Virus record (IMG/VR): IMGVR_UViG_3300034082_003579
Reading direction: 5' to 3' (one strand)
Length of the DNA: 64,000 nucleotides
Origin: a virus
Lineage: Duplodnaviria; Heunggongvirae; Uroviricota; Caudoviricetes
Positions within the stretch are counted from its first letter, which is position 1, and every line of letters starts with the position of its first letter. The position numbers and the translations under genes are program-made. Positions 35,901-45,587 of this stretch are shown here, piece after piece. The notes under the pieces are model-generated. The model did no database searches and was not told the DNA's origin. It saw only the letters and a list, made by a program, of their open reading frames with translations.

Positions 35901-37353
35901 TGCCCGAGCCCTCTGCCAAGGCTTTCTTGTCAAACATGCCAGGATTCTGTTCACCATAACTACGCATCAACACACCAGCTTTAGCATTGGCTTCATTTTC
36001 CCATTCACTGCCAGTGTCGCCAGCATGATACGGCATGGGTTCAATTTCGTCTTGACGGCGATGCACTAACTCATGTGCTAGTGTACGCATGATATCCATG
36101 GGATGACGATTGGCCACAGATAATACTAATGTTTTAATCTCAGGGATATAACGCCCAAATGTAGCATTACGCTTTGACCATTCTGGATCTCGCTTTAATT
36201 GAATCTTAGGAGGATTCTCTATGCCTAATTTCTCACTGCAAAATGCAGCAAACTTTTCTAACTGTGCTTGTATATTGTCAGCACCTTCGTTTACTTTAAA
36301 TTCTGTTTCGCGATCCAGTTTCTTGCCAGCTGGGTCAATATCGTGTGTCTTTAGTCCTAGTCTTTCTAACTTCTTGATATACTTGTGTTCTAAAGGTTCG
36401 CTGCCAAAATTTATGATAGTCTGTGGTGCGCCTTGACCGTACATCTTGGGATTAGCATGATCCAGGTCACTGATGTCTTGACCCAGCTTGTACCAGTCGT
36501 ATGTGTCCGACACATCGACTAGCACAGTGCCTGCTGGCATTGTCGGCTTGGACTCAGGACCAGGCGGCTCTTCATTGGGATGCCAGTCTTCCATAGGATT
36601 AAGGTCTTTGAAACCAAACTTGAATGGTTTCTTTTCCTGGGTTTCGTCTACACTGAGTTCTCGATCTTTGGCAGCTAATCGTGCTGCCCGCAATTGATCT
36701 AGGGTGCCATTGCTGCGCAGTATTTTAAAGGCCAAATTCTCAGGCCCAAACTCACCTGTTTGATCTAGACCAGCCTGTCTGAATTCGCGTACTTTTTTAC
36801 TGAGTGTTTCTAGATGTCGGGTATCGCCGGATTTGATAGCAGCTTCGATACGTTGGCCTAGGTCTTCGTATTTGCTCTTTACTGAAATGTCGTCTACTTC
36901 AGGTTTACGTCTCTTGGGTACACTAATCCATTCGTTGTTGAGAACCGAATAAATGCCTTGACTCTTTGGATCTTCGTTGGCGTTTTGTACATAAAGCTCT
37001 ACATCATATCCGCCAATTTTGAAATTGTGTTGATCATTGTACTGATATTTTTTGGCATCAAACAGTTCGCGATAAACTTCGCTGGCATCTGCCCGGGGCA
37101 AGTCTGCCACTAGATGTAAATCAATGTCGCTGTGATCTGTGTAGGTGTAAGCTGCGTTACTGCCACTAATAGTGATGTCTTTGACTTCTAAGTCTAGACC
37201 CAGAAACTCTTTGAAGTCTTCGGCAATGGCCAATAGTTTTTGGCGAACCTCGGGCAGGAGGTGCTCGTCTGATCCCCAAATACGTGGGTTAAGAGAGTTG
37301 TGAAATTTAATAGCATCGCTAAGGCGATAATCTTGTAGCTCTTTGATGTCCAT
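32950..37353 (-). CDS. 1467-aa polyprotein: pol-beta NTase, zincin, amidoligase, 3 C-terminal repeats
   Basis: SGSN...SDIDLH; TLAHELVH...ENEANA; GFEAEL...EPDGSL...EIVSP...STGFH...YIEFR; domains separated by VDE/VNE/LAE/VAE/LEE sites. Confidence 0.8.
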   Translation of the reverse strand: MDIKELQDYRLSDAIKFHNSLNPRIWGSDEHLLPEVRQKLLAIAEDFKEFLGLDLEVKDITISGSNAAYTYTDHSDIDLHLVADLPRADASEVYRELFDAKKYQYNDQHNFKIGGYDVELYVQNANEDPKSQGIYSVLNNEWISVPKRRKPEVDDISVKSKYEDLGQRIEAAIKSGDTRHLETLSKKVREFRQAGLDQTGEFGPENLAFKILRSNGTLDQLRAARLAAKDRELSVDETQEKKPFKFGFKDLNPMEDWHPNEEPPGPESKPTMPAGTVLVDVSDTYDWYKLGQDISDLDHANPKMYGQGAPQTIINFGSEPLEHKYIKKLERLGLKTHDIDPAGKKLDRETEFKVNEGADNIQAQLEKFAAFCSEKLGIENPPKIQLKRDPEWSKRNATFGRYIPEIKTLVLSVANRHPMDIMRTLAHELVHRRQDEIEPMPYHAGDTGSEWENEANAKAGVLMRSYGEQNPGMFDKKALAEGSGKSDYKEIEFVCANPEFPDATDPELQKQMHLGLQQIPGVIPLLQDQSEYSEGQCSLAAIYKDRSTRSQILKLAKQLGVQVDLEQPVSDDYVDRAIRGEHYGQQVVAEASGYIPVNDKEARDPRYSMAVTVDIKPGEPKRQAAKLGWKTTAAGTPPTARTNGLVEELTRKLQLVKEGLGFPLVSEQEQELEEVAMSPSALRSFANSEAAAGMKAGFEAELVFTGIGGDEEEGEWEADYSYDPRAYSLENIEDFFDSGDFAEGMTRQTKAALEQDYMEWYDQTLYDEFDAPVAVREWIQDNDWDEEDLIERALDDEYREDRVKEILAAMERRVKGTGTAADADLVEEYVGAEQEVERQLDERVEMAIAEQNSDFESALDEFRENWDRSESDWLRDRGWRSMSDIAYNFDVTWPHMTMTGGSSEGGFNEDAAQRLADDLADKLDVTTTVSTGYHGATRDTSTWIFEPDGSLDADDDANMPVEIVSPPMPLAKTLEILPKFFEWAEENGAYANSSTGFHMSVSMPEHEGNMLDYTKLALFLGDEYVLKQFGREANTYAKSAISKIRDKKGKVDAETVMSAMRKHLDQFASRALASPSGFGKYTSINPKSKYIEFRSAGGSNYFEDMDKIQNTLMRYARAMDIAMNPAADKPEYAKKLYKMLTDVKTQEITDPRTGTKRTEVVPGLDNDAIAVFSRFVAGELPKSELKGFIKKIQYSRDVARQKASGKVSTDYDPDGNYVIRSKDSEGKPQGSVLHRFSATGTSAAIEQAKQWIEARGIEKSSVHLAHVENVPAEILATAPTAPPTQTPQTDQLNAPVADDPRGNYVLRQREGAEGRGAVLHRFSAPNNRAAIEAAREWTTAQGIERRTVWLDHISGVPPEILNAAPIRATIGEPRPAFTEPRSNSIPEVPLDIAQNFPPIQTEPQNFPAAQQTGGEFSGEWKVVDGLNREVYRFSGVGNSQSDANRVAREWAQRTGFDGNLEVYPVMR

Positions 37354-37934
37354 TATGTATTTATTCGAAAAGGTTTTGCAGTGGTAGATGGACCACGTCG
37401 CGAGTTAAGTTCAACCAAATTCCAATCCCAGTGCTGCCAATGTACAAACTGTGTCCCTATACACTTGTCACTGGGTTTGACTTCTGTTGCTTGAATACCT
37501 GCAATCAGCGCAGCAGCCTGTTGAGGATTTAGCGCATAGGCATGTGCACCTTTGCTCCAAGTTCCTGTGGTGCCTGTTTTAGTACCGCGATCTTGGTGAA
37601 ATTTTTGTATACCTAGTGATAAATCTAACTGGGGCATAGGGCCTCTTACAACAGCATCAGTTTCCAATACAACAATGGGTTCATTTAACTCTATACATCT
37701 GTGCCATAATCGCCAATGGCTAAAAAAACAGCCTTGGGCTCCAGGACGTTGATATATTTTGGTATTGGGATTAAGATAAAGCCCTGCACGTTTATAGTCC
37801 GGGGCTGTTACAGCAGTGCCTAATGTGGCTGGGAATGGCTCTGCTGACCATCCCCATTTTTGACAACTGGAGATGCAGTCTTGTAATAATTTTTTACTGT
37901 GATCAGTATCTAAAGTTATTATATAAGACCGCAT
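37353..37934 (-). CDS. GT25-family glycosyltransferase
   Basis: YIITL, GCFFSHWRLW, IVVLETDA. Confidence 0.75.
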   Translation of the reverse strand: MRSYIITLDTDHSKKLLQDCISSCQKWGWSAEPFPATLGTAVTAPDYKRAGLYLNPNTKIYQRPGAQGCFFSHWRLWHRCIELNEPIVVLETDAVVRGPMPQLDLSLGIQKFHQDRGTKTGTTGTWSKGAHAYALNPQQAAALIAGIQATEVKPSDKCIGTQFVHWQHWDWNLVELNSRRGPSTTAKPFRINT

Positions 37935-37942
37935 CAATTGGC

Positions 37943-38758
37943 TTATTGCGCAGGGCTGTCTTCGTTAGATGCCAACACAACCGGCTCAGGCATCACAGCT
38001 GGTTCTGCAGCTGGTATTTTGTCTACCACTGGTTTAGCTTGCTGCAAGGCTTCGAACAGTTTTTCTTGTGCTGCAAAATCAAACACATAAGATCCCACGT
38101 GTCGTAACAATACTCTGGTATCTACCCAAATTTTGCCACCAAGATCACGCCAATTTTCGCAGAATGTCCAGTCTTCGCTGTAATATCGATTTTCGCGAAC
38201 TGCAGTGTCATAGTAAGTGCGCAAGTGTTGATCTAACTCTTTGGGCAAGCCAATGTCATTGTTAAAAGGCTTAACTGCAGGATGTGCATTGAGTTTTTCA
38301 AACACATGACGTTTGACCAACATGAACCCTGTACCGGTCTTTGAAACTTCTTGTAAATTGTCCGGTCCAGTTTCGGCTCCTTCGAATCCATTTACTACCC
38401 ATTTAATGGGCAGAGTCTTCATGGGATATAGGCCGCCGATCACATCAACATCACGATTTAACAAGGCCAATAAATGCCAAGGTTCCCAGCCAATGTCAGC
38501 ATCAACAAACATCAAGTGAGTTGAATCAGGATTATTGAGGAATTTGGCTACCAGAGTATTTCTGGCTCTGCTAATCAAACTTTCATTTGTCATGGTTTCT
38601 ATAGTCCAATCAATGCCTAGTTGACGGCAAGTGTTGGCCCATTTGATATAGCTCATGAAAGTTTGTTCTGTCAACATGCCAGAGTAGCATGGCATACAAA
38701 TATGAACTCGGGTAGTGCGTAAGTAATCTACATTTACTGTGATTTGCTGGTCAGACAT
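37943..38758 (-). CDS. GT-A glycosyltransferase-like protein
   Basis: ICMPCY, SLISRARN, FVDAD, GTGFMLV, SEDWTFC. Confidence 0.7.
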   Translation of the reverse strand: MSDQQITVNVDYLRTTRVHICMPCYSGMLTEQTFMSYIKWANTCRQLGIDWTIETMTNESLISRARNTLVAKFLNNPDSTHLMFVDADIGWEPWHLLALLNRDVDVIGGLYPMKTLPIKWVVNGFEGAETGPDNLQEVSKTGTGFMLVKRHVFEKLNAHPAVKPFNNDIGLPKELDQHLRTYYDTAVRENRYYSEDWTFCENWRDLGGKIWVDTRVLLRHVGSYVFDFAAQEKLFEALQQAKPVVDKIPAAEPAVMPEPVVLASNEDSPAQ

Positions 38759-38796
38759 AACATCCTCTTAAATTATGTGAGTATTTAATGGAGATG

Positions 38797-39636
38797 TTAG
38801 TAGCTGATAGATTTCTCTTCTATGTAATCAGATTCCAATGATACCGGATCTTTTGCTGTTGCAGGATCAGATCCTGCCAACTGGTTCAATATATCACGAA
38901 TTTCGTTGTTGACCAACGCTTGTGCTTGAGAAAAATCTTTGTGTTTGATGCTGGACACCAGGCTTGACAAGTGTGTGGTCAAGTCTGTCACCAAGGAACG
39001 CTCAGAATCCGTACTGAAAATACTGTCGGGTCCAATTGCTTCCACTGTGGTTTTGATTTCTAATACACTGTCAAAAATTTCAATCAGCTTGTTGGCAGCA
39101 GATGGATTGCCGGCAGCCGCAGGATAAATGGTCTTGATCAAGTTGCTTTTTTGTGACGGTGTCATTTCAGGCCATTTGGCACGAATTTCAGTGGCACTGG
39201 TCATTCCAGGTCCAAACTGTGCCACAGGCAAGTAGGCCATGTATCCGTGCTGACTCATGGGTGCAAGTCCGGTACGTTTGTATGGCTGCAGATAAGCAGG
39301 TTCGCCATTCTTTTTAACGCCGCCGGCTCGTGGCTGTTGATCAGTATCCTTTTCACTGCGAACAAAGATCAGTTGAGTGTCAGCAGGATCGTAAATCTGT
39401 GTGATTTCTTCGGCTTTAAACGGGCTCTTGACTTGAATAAATCTGTTGGCAGGTACACCAGCAGCTTGTGCCAGCATTTTTTTAAGATTAAACGGAAAAG
39501 GTCTAGAAGCAGTATCGGCCGTAGCAGCAACAAAAACATCCGCCGACGGAAATGCTGCTTCAGCAGCATGATACAATGCAGTATGTCCTGCATGCCAGGG
39601 ATGGAATCCGCCGGGCATAATAACCAATTTTTTCAT
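38797..39636 (-). CDS. HIGH-family nucleotidyltransferase-like protein, probably virion-associated
   Basis: PGGFHPWHAGH, SATEIR; TVE/IEE sites in tail; late promoter upstream. Confidence 0.7.
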   Translation of the reverse strand: MKKLVIMPGGFHPWHAGHTALYHAAEAAFPSADVFVAATADTASRPFPFNLKKMLAQAAGVPANRFIQVKSPFKAEEITQIYDPADTQLIFVRSEKDTDQQPRAGGVKKNGEPAYLQPYKRTGLAPMSQHGYMAYLPVAQFGPGMTSATEIRAKWPEMTPSQKSNLIKTIYPAAAGNPSAANKLIEIFDSVLEIKTTVEAIGPDSIFSTDSERSLVTDLTTHLSSLVSSIKHKDFSQAQALVNNEIRDILNQLAGSDPATAKDPVSLESDYIEEKSISY

Positions 39637-39672
39637 TTCGTGAAGCCTGTTTTGATCTTGTATTTATTATTA

Positions 39673-40110
39673 CTACATGTTTTCTAACATCCAAATATAC
39701 AGCGGTGCAGAAAATTCAAATTTCACAATACCGTTGCAACCCATGTTGCCAAAAAATTTGTCAACAACAGGTGCCTGAGATCCGTTAAAATCGTGAGTAT
39801 ATTTACAATTATCAGTAAACAAATGCACCAGTGCAATTTCGTCTAGAGAAAACTCAGAAATCTCAATCGTGCAATCTTCAACAATGTTTCCTTGATCGTC
39901 GATCGCAGTGTGTTCTGGTAGCTTGCCAGACATCTCAATTTCCACAGTGTACTTTTCTTCATCAACAGCTGAAAAGGTATGTTGTACTTTGATTTCGTTT
40001 TGAGACAATATTTGATCAAAAAATACATGACCGTTTAGTCTTGCAGTTAGTCTTAGATCATTTCCGGTGGATTTGGCCGTAAAAGCCAGAGTACTAGTAT
40101 CTTGCGTCAT
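39673..40110 (-). CDS. hypothetical protein
   Basis: 145-aa ORF. Confidence 0.75.
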   Translation of the reverse strand: MTQDTSTLAFTAKSTGNDLRLTARLNGHVFFDQILSQNEIKVQHTFSAVDEEKYTVEIEMSGKLPEHTAIDDQGNIVEDCTIEISEFSLDEIALVHLFTDNCKYTHDFNGSQAPVVDKFFGNMGCNGIVKFEFSAPLYIWMLENM

Positions 40111-40128
40111 GCAATAGCCTCAAATAGA

Positions 40129-40497
40129 TCAGTAACTCAACATGACCTTGGTAATTGTGCCAGTTTCGAAATCCTCAACTCTGGCTCGAATCCAGGTGAA
40201 ATTTCCAGTTATGTTTTGGGAAAAATTTTCTGTTGTGGTTTCAGCGGTTGAATCAAAGTCATAAACTTGAAACCATTCTTCGTCAACAACAGGAGTACTG
40301 GCCAAGGTAGCTTGAATTCGAATACGTCCCTGAAACGCATTCAGAAAAAATGCCACTGTTTGTAACCCACCAAATCCACCATAGTAATTGGCTGCTTGTT
40401 GCTCTACTCCATTCCAGTCTGCACTACTGCCGTCATAATTTCCTGACGGTGTTCCGTAGGTGGTAGTGGGCAGAAGTTGAAGGGTAGTGGTTTTCAT
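40129..40497 (-). CDS. hypothetical, beta-rich probable structural protein
   Basis: 122 aa, ATGA-coupled. Confidence 0.75.
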   Translation of the reverse strand: MKTTTLQLLPTTTYGTPSGNYDGSSADWNGVEQQAANYYGGFGGLQTVAFFLNAFQGRIRIQATLASTPVVDEEWFQVYDFDSTAETTTENFSQNITGNFTWIRARVEDFETGTITKVMLSY

Positions 40498-40661
40498 TGT
40501 GCAGATTCAACTTCGACAACAACACCAGCGCCTGCCAACTCTTCAGCTACTTGAGCTAGAGCCGACACAATATCAGCAGTGGCGATAGTAGCACCCGAGT
40601 CTGATTCTTTAACCAGTTTGCTAAATGTAATTACAACAGATTCTGTGTGTATTTTGGCCAT
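40494..40661 (-). CDS. 55-aa hypothetical protein
   Basis: Not in ORF track. MAKIHTESVVITFSKLVKE...; AAGGA SD; ATGA overlap downstream. Confidence 0.75.
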   Translation of the reverse strand: MAKIHTESVVITFSKLVKESDSGATIATADIVSALAQVAEELAGAGVVVEVESAQ

Positions 40662-40680
40662 GTTAATTCCTTATATACCA

Positions 40681-41391
40681 TCACTTATTTACCTCCACCA
40701 CGGGCATGGTCTTCTGTAAAATACCCGGAGTGATCAAGTTCAGCATCACGACTTCGGACTCGATATTGTGATCAACAAAATAGGATCGGCTCATCACCAT
40801 GGGAGAAAATTTAGTTAAGCGTTTTAACAAAGCCTTACTTACACGCCATTCAGTTTGATTTTGTAAGAATGTCAACAACTGCTGTTTTTCAGTTTGATTT
40901 ATGGATTTTTCTCGAAAATATGTACGGTATTGATGCGGACTATTGCGCAACGATACTGTGTTTTTTGGACGCACAATGCAAGCGTAACGCAAATGCTGGA
41001 CATGCTGAGGAAAATTTGATATCACGGACAATAGCAACACAACGTTGTTTGTGTAGACATACCCGTAACTGCCCGACACCACCAATTTGATTTCCGTCCG
41101 ATGGGTATTCAGCAATTCTGCCAGTTTGTATAGCAACTCCAGTTTTTCATGATCGATTGCGATTTGTTTTTCACGATCGCAATATGGATAAGACCATTGA
41201 TATTTTTGATGATATCGTCGTGTTATTTCTTTGCAATAATCAGCAGGCAACTTGTCAAGACTACGCATGCAGGATATATCTGTCATACGAAGATCAATTC
41301 CGTAATGATACTGATCGTAAAACAACCGATCAGTATCCTTGCGTTTGACTTTAACCTCGGGGTTTAAATCGATCAATGACGATAAATCCAT
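40681..41391 (-). CDS. hypothetical protein
   Basis: ORF track 40681..41415; start set at ATG 41391. Confidence 0.65.
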   Translation of the reverse strand: MDLSSLIDLNPEVKVKRKDTDRLFYDQYHYGIDLRMTDISCMRSLDKLPADYCKEITRRYHQKYQWSYPYCDREKQIAIDHEKLELLYKLAELLNTHRTEIKLVVSGSYGYVYTNNVVLLLSVISNFPQHVQHLRYACIVRPKNTVSLRNSPHQYRTYFREKSINQTEKQQLLTFLQNQTEWRVSKALLKRLTKFSPMVMSRSYFVDHNIESEVVMLNLITPGILQKTMPVVEVNK

Positions 41392-43642
41392 TGTTATCCA
41401 CAGTTGGTAAATCACTAGGTGTAATACCTAATACATCACTGACCAGTTTGAGTTCGCCGTCAACAACATCAACTGATACTATGCAATCATGCAATTGATC
41501 AAACAGGATCTTTTTGCTAAGAGGTACACGAATCAATTGATCAATCTTGCGGCTCAAAGGTCTAGCACCCATTTTGTTATCGTAACCTTGTTCTGCCAGT
41601 AACTCAACAGCAGCTTCGGTCAAATTCAGCTTGATTTTTTTGTCAGACAAGCTTTGTCGCAATTCGTCTACAAACTTGACAACAATTTTCTTGATCGAAA
41701 GAGAATCCAATTTGTTAAACTTACAAATCATATCAATACGATTACGCAGTTCAGGCTTGAAGAAATCTTTCACAGCACGATCTTCGCTGCCGGTGCGTTC
41801 AAGCTCTTGTCCAAATCCGATATTGTTGTTTTCGTTATCTCTAGCACCCAAATTTGATGTCATGATCACAATGGTATTTTTGCAATTTACAGTTTTTCCG
41901 TTGCTGGAAGTAATTCTTGCTTCGTCCAACAACTGCAGCAAAATATTTGTAACATCCGGGTGTGCTTTTTCAATTTCATCAAACAACAAGATACTAAAAG
42001 GATTTTTGCTAATGTCACTGATCAATTTGCCGCCGCCTAGATTGCCATCTTCGAATCCCACATAGCCCGGAGGTGCGCCAATCAAGCTGGAAACAGTATG
42101 CCTTTCTTGATACTCGCTCATGTCGTATTTCAACAACGGCATGTCCAAGTTGGCAGACAACAGTTTAGCAAGTTCAGTCTTTCCAGTGCCAGTTGGTCCC
42201 AAAAATAAGAAGCTGCTCATGGGTCGCTTTTCGTTGCCAATACCAGCAAAGCTGATATACACACGCTCCAACACCTGATCCACCACAGTGTCTTGTCCGT
42301 ATAATTTTTCTTTGATGTTGGATTCTAGATCAACAATGCGTTGATTGCTCTTGGAATTTTCCAAACGATCAATTGGAATCCCGGCAATTCTACTCAGCTG
42401 CTCCATGACATGTGCAGCGGTAACCGAAACAGTGCCGGCGTCCTTTACACGTTCCCGAGCACAGGCAGCATCAATTAGATCGATACTCTTATCAGGATTC
42501 TTTTTGTCTGTCATAAATCTGCCACTGAGATCTACAGCACTCACTATAGCATCTGTTTCGATCAAGACATTGTGAAATTTTTCCAGCCTTGGACTTAATC
42601 CGATCAAGATCTTTTCAGTGGTTTCTGCATCAGGTTCGTCTACTGAAAGTCTATGGAATCTACGCATCAGTGCGCGGTCTTTTTCAAACGATTCGTAGTA
42701 CTCTTCCCAGGTGGTGCTTGCTACCACTTTGAGATTGCCTTTTGTGATTGCTGGCTTCAGCATGTTGGCAAAATCTAAACTGGATTGACCATTTGCGCCT
42801 GCACCCCGCATGGTATGCGCTTCGTCAATAAACAGTACACAGTTCTTTTTGGTTTCGAGAGCTTGCAAAATCTGCTTGATTTTGTCTTCGAATTCTCCGC
42901 GATACTTTGATCCAGCCAACAAACTGCCAATTTCCAAGGTCCATACTTCGTGTCCTTTAAGGAAATCAGGAACTTGGTTCCGAGCAATGCGCTGACTGAG
43001 ACCGTCAATGATGGCAGTCTTGCCCACGCCAGGATCGCCCACCATTAACACATTGGCCTTGAAGCGGCGAGCCAACACCGTGACCATTTCTTCAATTTCC
43101 TTATCACGGCCAATAACTGGTTCTAATCGATCTTCGGCTGCCAACTTGGTCAAATTGGTGCAGTGTTCTTCCAGTACTTCGTTGGCCTGTTCGGTGCTGA
43201 TCTCGTAAGTGTTTTGTCCTTGATTTTGTTCCCAGAAGCGAATAAACTCTGTGCGTGTGACTCCGTGCTTGAGAAAAAAGTACTGAGCGTGACTGTTTGT
43301 TTCGCTCATGATGGCCAGATACAGATCTGCAGTGGTCACTGCTCTGCGTCCTGTAAACAGGACCTGTGTAAGTGCCCGATTGAACACACGTTCAAGAGCA
43401 TTGGTCTTGCGAGGTTGATTGTCAGTTGTTGTTTTCTTTGACGGCAGCGCATCTAGATAGGTCTGCACATCATGTTCAAAGGCAGCAACATCGGTTCCAA
43501 ATTTTTGCAACACTGATCGAAATGGATTGTGCCGAATCAACGATAATACCAGATGTTCTGTTAGCACATATTCATGTCGTTTACTGGCAGCAATTCGAAC
43601 TGCTTGTTCGATAATCTTTTCAATCTCTGGGTTGTTCTGCAT
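41351..43642 (-). CDS. clpA: ClpA-type Hsp100 AAA+ unfoldase
   Basis: [10 protein letters not shown]-domain, [47 protein letters not shown]. Confidence 0.92.
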   Translation of the reverse strand: MQNNPEIEKIIEQAVRIAASKRHEYVLTEHLVLSLIRHNPFRSVLQKFGTDVAAFEHDVQTYLDALPSKKTTTDNQPRKTNALERVFNRALTQVLFTGRRAVTTADLYLAIMSETNSHAQYFFLKHGVTRTEFIRFWEQNQGQNTYEISTEQANEVLEEHCTNLTKLAAEDRLEPVIGRDKEIEEMVTVLARRFKANVLMVGDPGVGKTAIIDGLSQRIARNQVPDFLKGHEVWTLEIGSLLAGSKYRGEFEDKIKQILQALETKKNCVLFIDEAHTMRGAGANGQSSLDFANMLKPAITKGNLKVVASTTWEEYYESFEKDRALMRRFHRLSVDEPDAETTEKILIGLSPRLEKFHNVLIETDAIVSAVDLSGRFMTDKKNPDKSIDLIDAACARERVKDAGTVSVTAAHVMEQLSRIAGIPIDRLENSKSNQRIVDLESNIKEKLYGQDTVVDQVLERVYISFAGIGNEKRPMSSFLFLGPTGTGKTELAKLLSANLDMPLLKYDMSEYQERHTVSSLIGAPPGYVGFEDGNLGGGKLISDISKNPFSILLFDEIEKAHPDVTNILLQLLDEARITSSNGKTVNCKNTIVIMTSNLGARDNENNNIGFGQELERTGSEDRAVKDFFKPELRNRIDMICKFNKLDSLSIKKIVVKFVDELRQSLSDKKIKLNLTEAAVELLAEQGYDNKMGARPLSRKIDQLIRVPLSKKILFDQLHDCIVSVDVVDGELKLVSDVLGITPSDLPTVDNNGFIVIDRFKPRG

Positions 43643-44072
43643 TTTGTTCCTTGTATCGATCCCACATTGTAATACCATTTAAGTGATCTAGCTCGTGTTG
43701 AAAACATCTGCTAGCCAGCCCTATTAATTCTTCTATATGTTCTTTTTGATAAGCATCGTAATAGCGTACAGTTATTACATCTGGACGTTTTATTATACAC
43801 TGTTCGCCTTTAAAACTCAAGCATCCTTCTTGAAATTCCACCTGGTTGTTGCCAAATGCCAACACTTCTGGATTAAAACAGTCCCAATCACGGCCGTTGA
43901 CGTGCATTACAAAACAACGGTCTCGCAACCCAACTTGATTGGCTGCCAGGCCAATTGCGTCTTGTTGTGTCATTAATTCTCGCAGCCGCCGTGCCAGGTT
44001 CAAGTTGTTTGTTGTATTACTGACAACCATGGGTTTCAGTACCAGTTTTAGTGTTCTACGAGTAAGTTGCAT
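43620..44072 (-). CDS. def: peptide deformylase
   Basis: GLAANQVG, EGCLS, QHELDHLNG. Confidence 0.95.
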   Translation of the reverse strand: MQLTRRTLKLVLKPMVVSNTTNNLNLARRLRELMTQQDAIGLAANQVGLRDRCFVMHVNGRDWDCFNPEVLAFGNNQVEFQEGCLSFKGEQCIIKRPDVITVRYYDAYQKEHIEELIGLASRCFQHELDHLNGITMWDRYKEQNAEQPRD

Positions 44073-44081
44073 ATTGAATAT

Positions 44082-44873
44082 TTATTGACCTCGAGACTTG
44101 CGTATGGCATCCTTGATTGAGTTGTCAATGGGAGTAATTAATTTACCTTGTAATTTAACCAACAAATCGCCTGACGGATGTTTAGTAGCTGCACCCGGCA
44201 ATTGTCGAACCGGTAGGCCTCGTCCACGTGCTCGCAGCACTGTGCCAGGTTGAGTTTCGGGTGGTACAGTTATGGCCAGTTCATTGCCTAACACATCTGA
44301 AAATGTAATTTCGCAACCCAATATCAAATCCCATATATCAACCGAACGTTCGGACAACAAGTTGGTGCCTTCCACTCGCCAAACAGCATCGGGTCTAATG
44401 CGATAGTTGACCACTAGATCTTGCCCGCCTGGCGCCAGTCCCGGATATCGTAAACTGTCATTGTCGTTGACTCCAACAGGAATATGTATTTCAACATTGG
44501 TTATGGCAGATCCAACTTGAAGTGCAATAGTTCTAGGTCCTCCAGTCATTACATCAGCCAGTGATATCCAAATAGAAACTCTAGGTGGCGGCCTACGTGC
44601 AGAGCGTAAATCTGCGCCAAACATGTCAAATATAGCATCAAAATCAAAATGTGTGCTGCCTGCGCTGCCAAACCTACCGGCAGCAGGATTGTCATATGCT
44701 TGTTTTTTTGCAACATCCGAAAGCACTGCATAAGCTTCTTGTATTTCTTGAAATTTAGAAATATCTCCGCCGCGATCTGGATGATGTTTCATGGCCAGAC
44801 TGCGATATGCTCGTTTGATATCATCAGCAGAAGCTGTGCGTTCAACGCCTAAGGTGTTATAGTAATCTTTCAC
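44082..44873 (-). CDS. DnaJ-class co-chaperone (CbpA-like, no Zn finger)
   Basis: DYYNTLGV...HPDR J-domain and DnaJ C-terminal domain; GTG start. Confidence 0.9.
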   Translation of the reverse strand: MKDYYNTLGVERTASADDIKRAYRSLAMKHHPDRGGDISKFQEIQEAYAVLSDVAKKQAYDNPAAGRFGSAGSTHFDFDAIFDMFGADLRSARRPPPRVSIWISLADVMTGGPRTIALQVGSAITNVEIHIPVGVNDNDSLRYPGLAPGGQDLVVNYRIRPDAVWRVEGTNLLSERSVDIWDLILGCEITFSDVLGNELAITVPPETQPGTVLRARGRGLPVRQLPGAATKHPSGDLLVKLQGKLITPIDNSIKDAIRKSRGQ

Positions 44874-44879
44874 AATTTA

Positions 44880-44908
44880 ATTATAGATGATTATCAACTG
44901 TGTGTCAA
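44880..44908 (-). promoter_or_regulatory. consensus sigma70 promoter giving a leaderless dnaJ mRNA
   Basis: TTGACA-17-TATAAT, 6 nt, then GTG. Confidence 0.7.
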
Positions 44909-45561
44909 GGCTGATCTAGTATTTTTTTTGCAACTGGCAATATAATATCAGCTGCTGCAGCATGAGCAGGATCCAATGGATGCCAACCGGCGCTGATGGG
45001 ATAATTGTGTGATCGGCTCCAATCTAAAAAAGTCTGGTTGTCAAACAAGTGCAAGTATGGTTGTACGTATTGTTGCAAGGACACAATTGCATCACTATGG
45101 TGCCAGGTTTGATCCAACATCAACGGGTCCATGTAAGTCATTAAAAAAGGTATGCGTTTTTGATTTAACACATCAATAGCTGTACGTATATGAATCAGTG
45201 TCGACAACTTGTCAACATATTCAGACTGTAATTTTCGATAATAAAATTCAGCTGCGGCAGAATCGTCAACCGGCAAAAGAGTTTGCCAACAATCTTGTTC
45301 TTGATAATCAAATCGATCAATCCAGGTCCAGCTGATGACAAAAAAGTCTTGAACAGCAGATTCGGCTTGGTTTAACACCTGTTCTAAAATTCGCAAGTTT
45401 CCGATACCAGGAAAGGCATGACAATCATAGCGTATTTTTAGTTGACGAGATAGTACAGCGGGCCAGGCCATTCTACTGTAAGGGGCACATCCACCGATTC
45501 GGCCCGAGTCAGGTAAATCACTACCCCAGATGAAGCTACACCCAAAACTTTTGAGAATCAT
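44905..45561 (-). CDS. SGNH-like hydrolase
   Basis: SFGCSF, GIGN, WHPLDPAH. Confidence 0.55.
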   Translation of the reverse strand: MILKSFGCSFIWGSDLPDSGRIGGCAPYSRMAWPAVLSRQLKIRYDCHAFPGIGNLRILEQVLNQAESAVQDFFVISWTWIDRFDYQEQDCWQTLLPVDDSAAAEFYYRKLQSEYVDKLSTLIHIRTAIDVLNQKRIPFLMTYMDPLMLDQTWHHSDAIVSLQQYVQPYLHLFDNQTFLDWSRSHNYPISAGWHPLDPAHAAAADIILPVAKKILDQP

Positions 45562-45587
45562 AATTTTGTAAATTCTATTGTGTAGTA

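Noticed and set aside
32950-37353. Tape measure protein
   Set aside because: Contains enzyme motifs and Glu cleavage linkers rather than TMP-type helical repeats.
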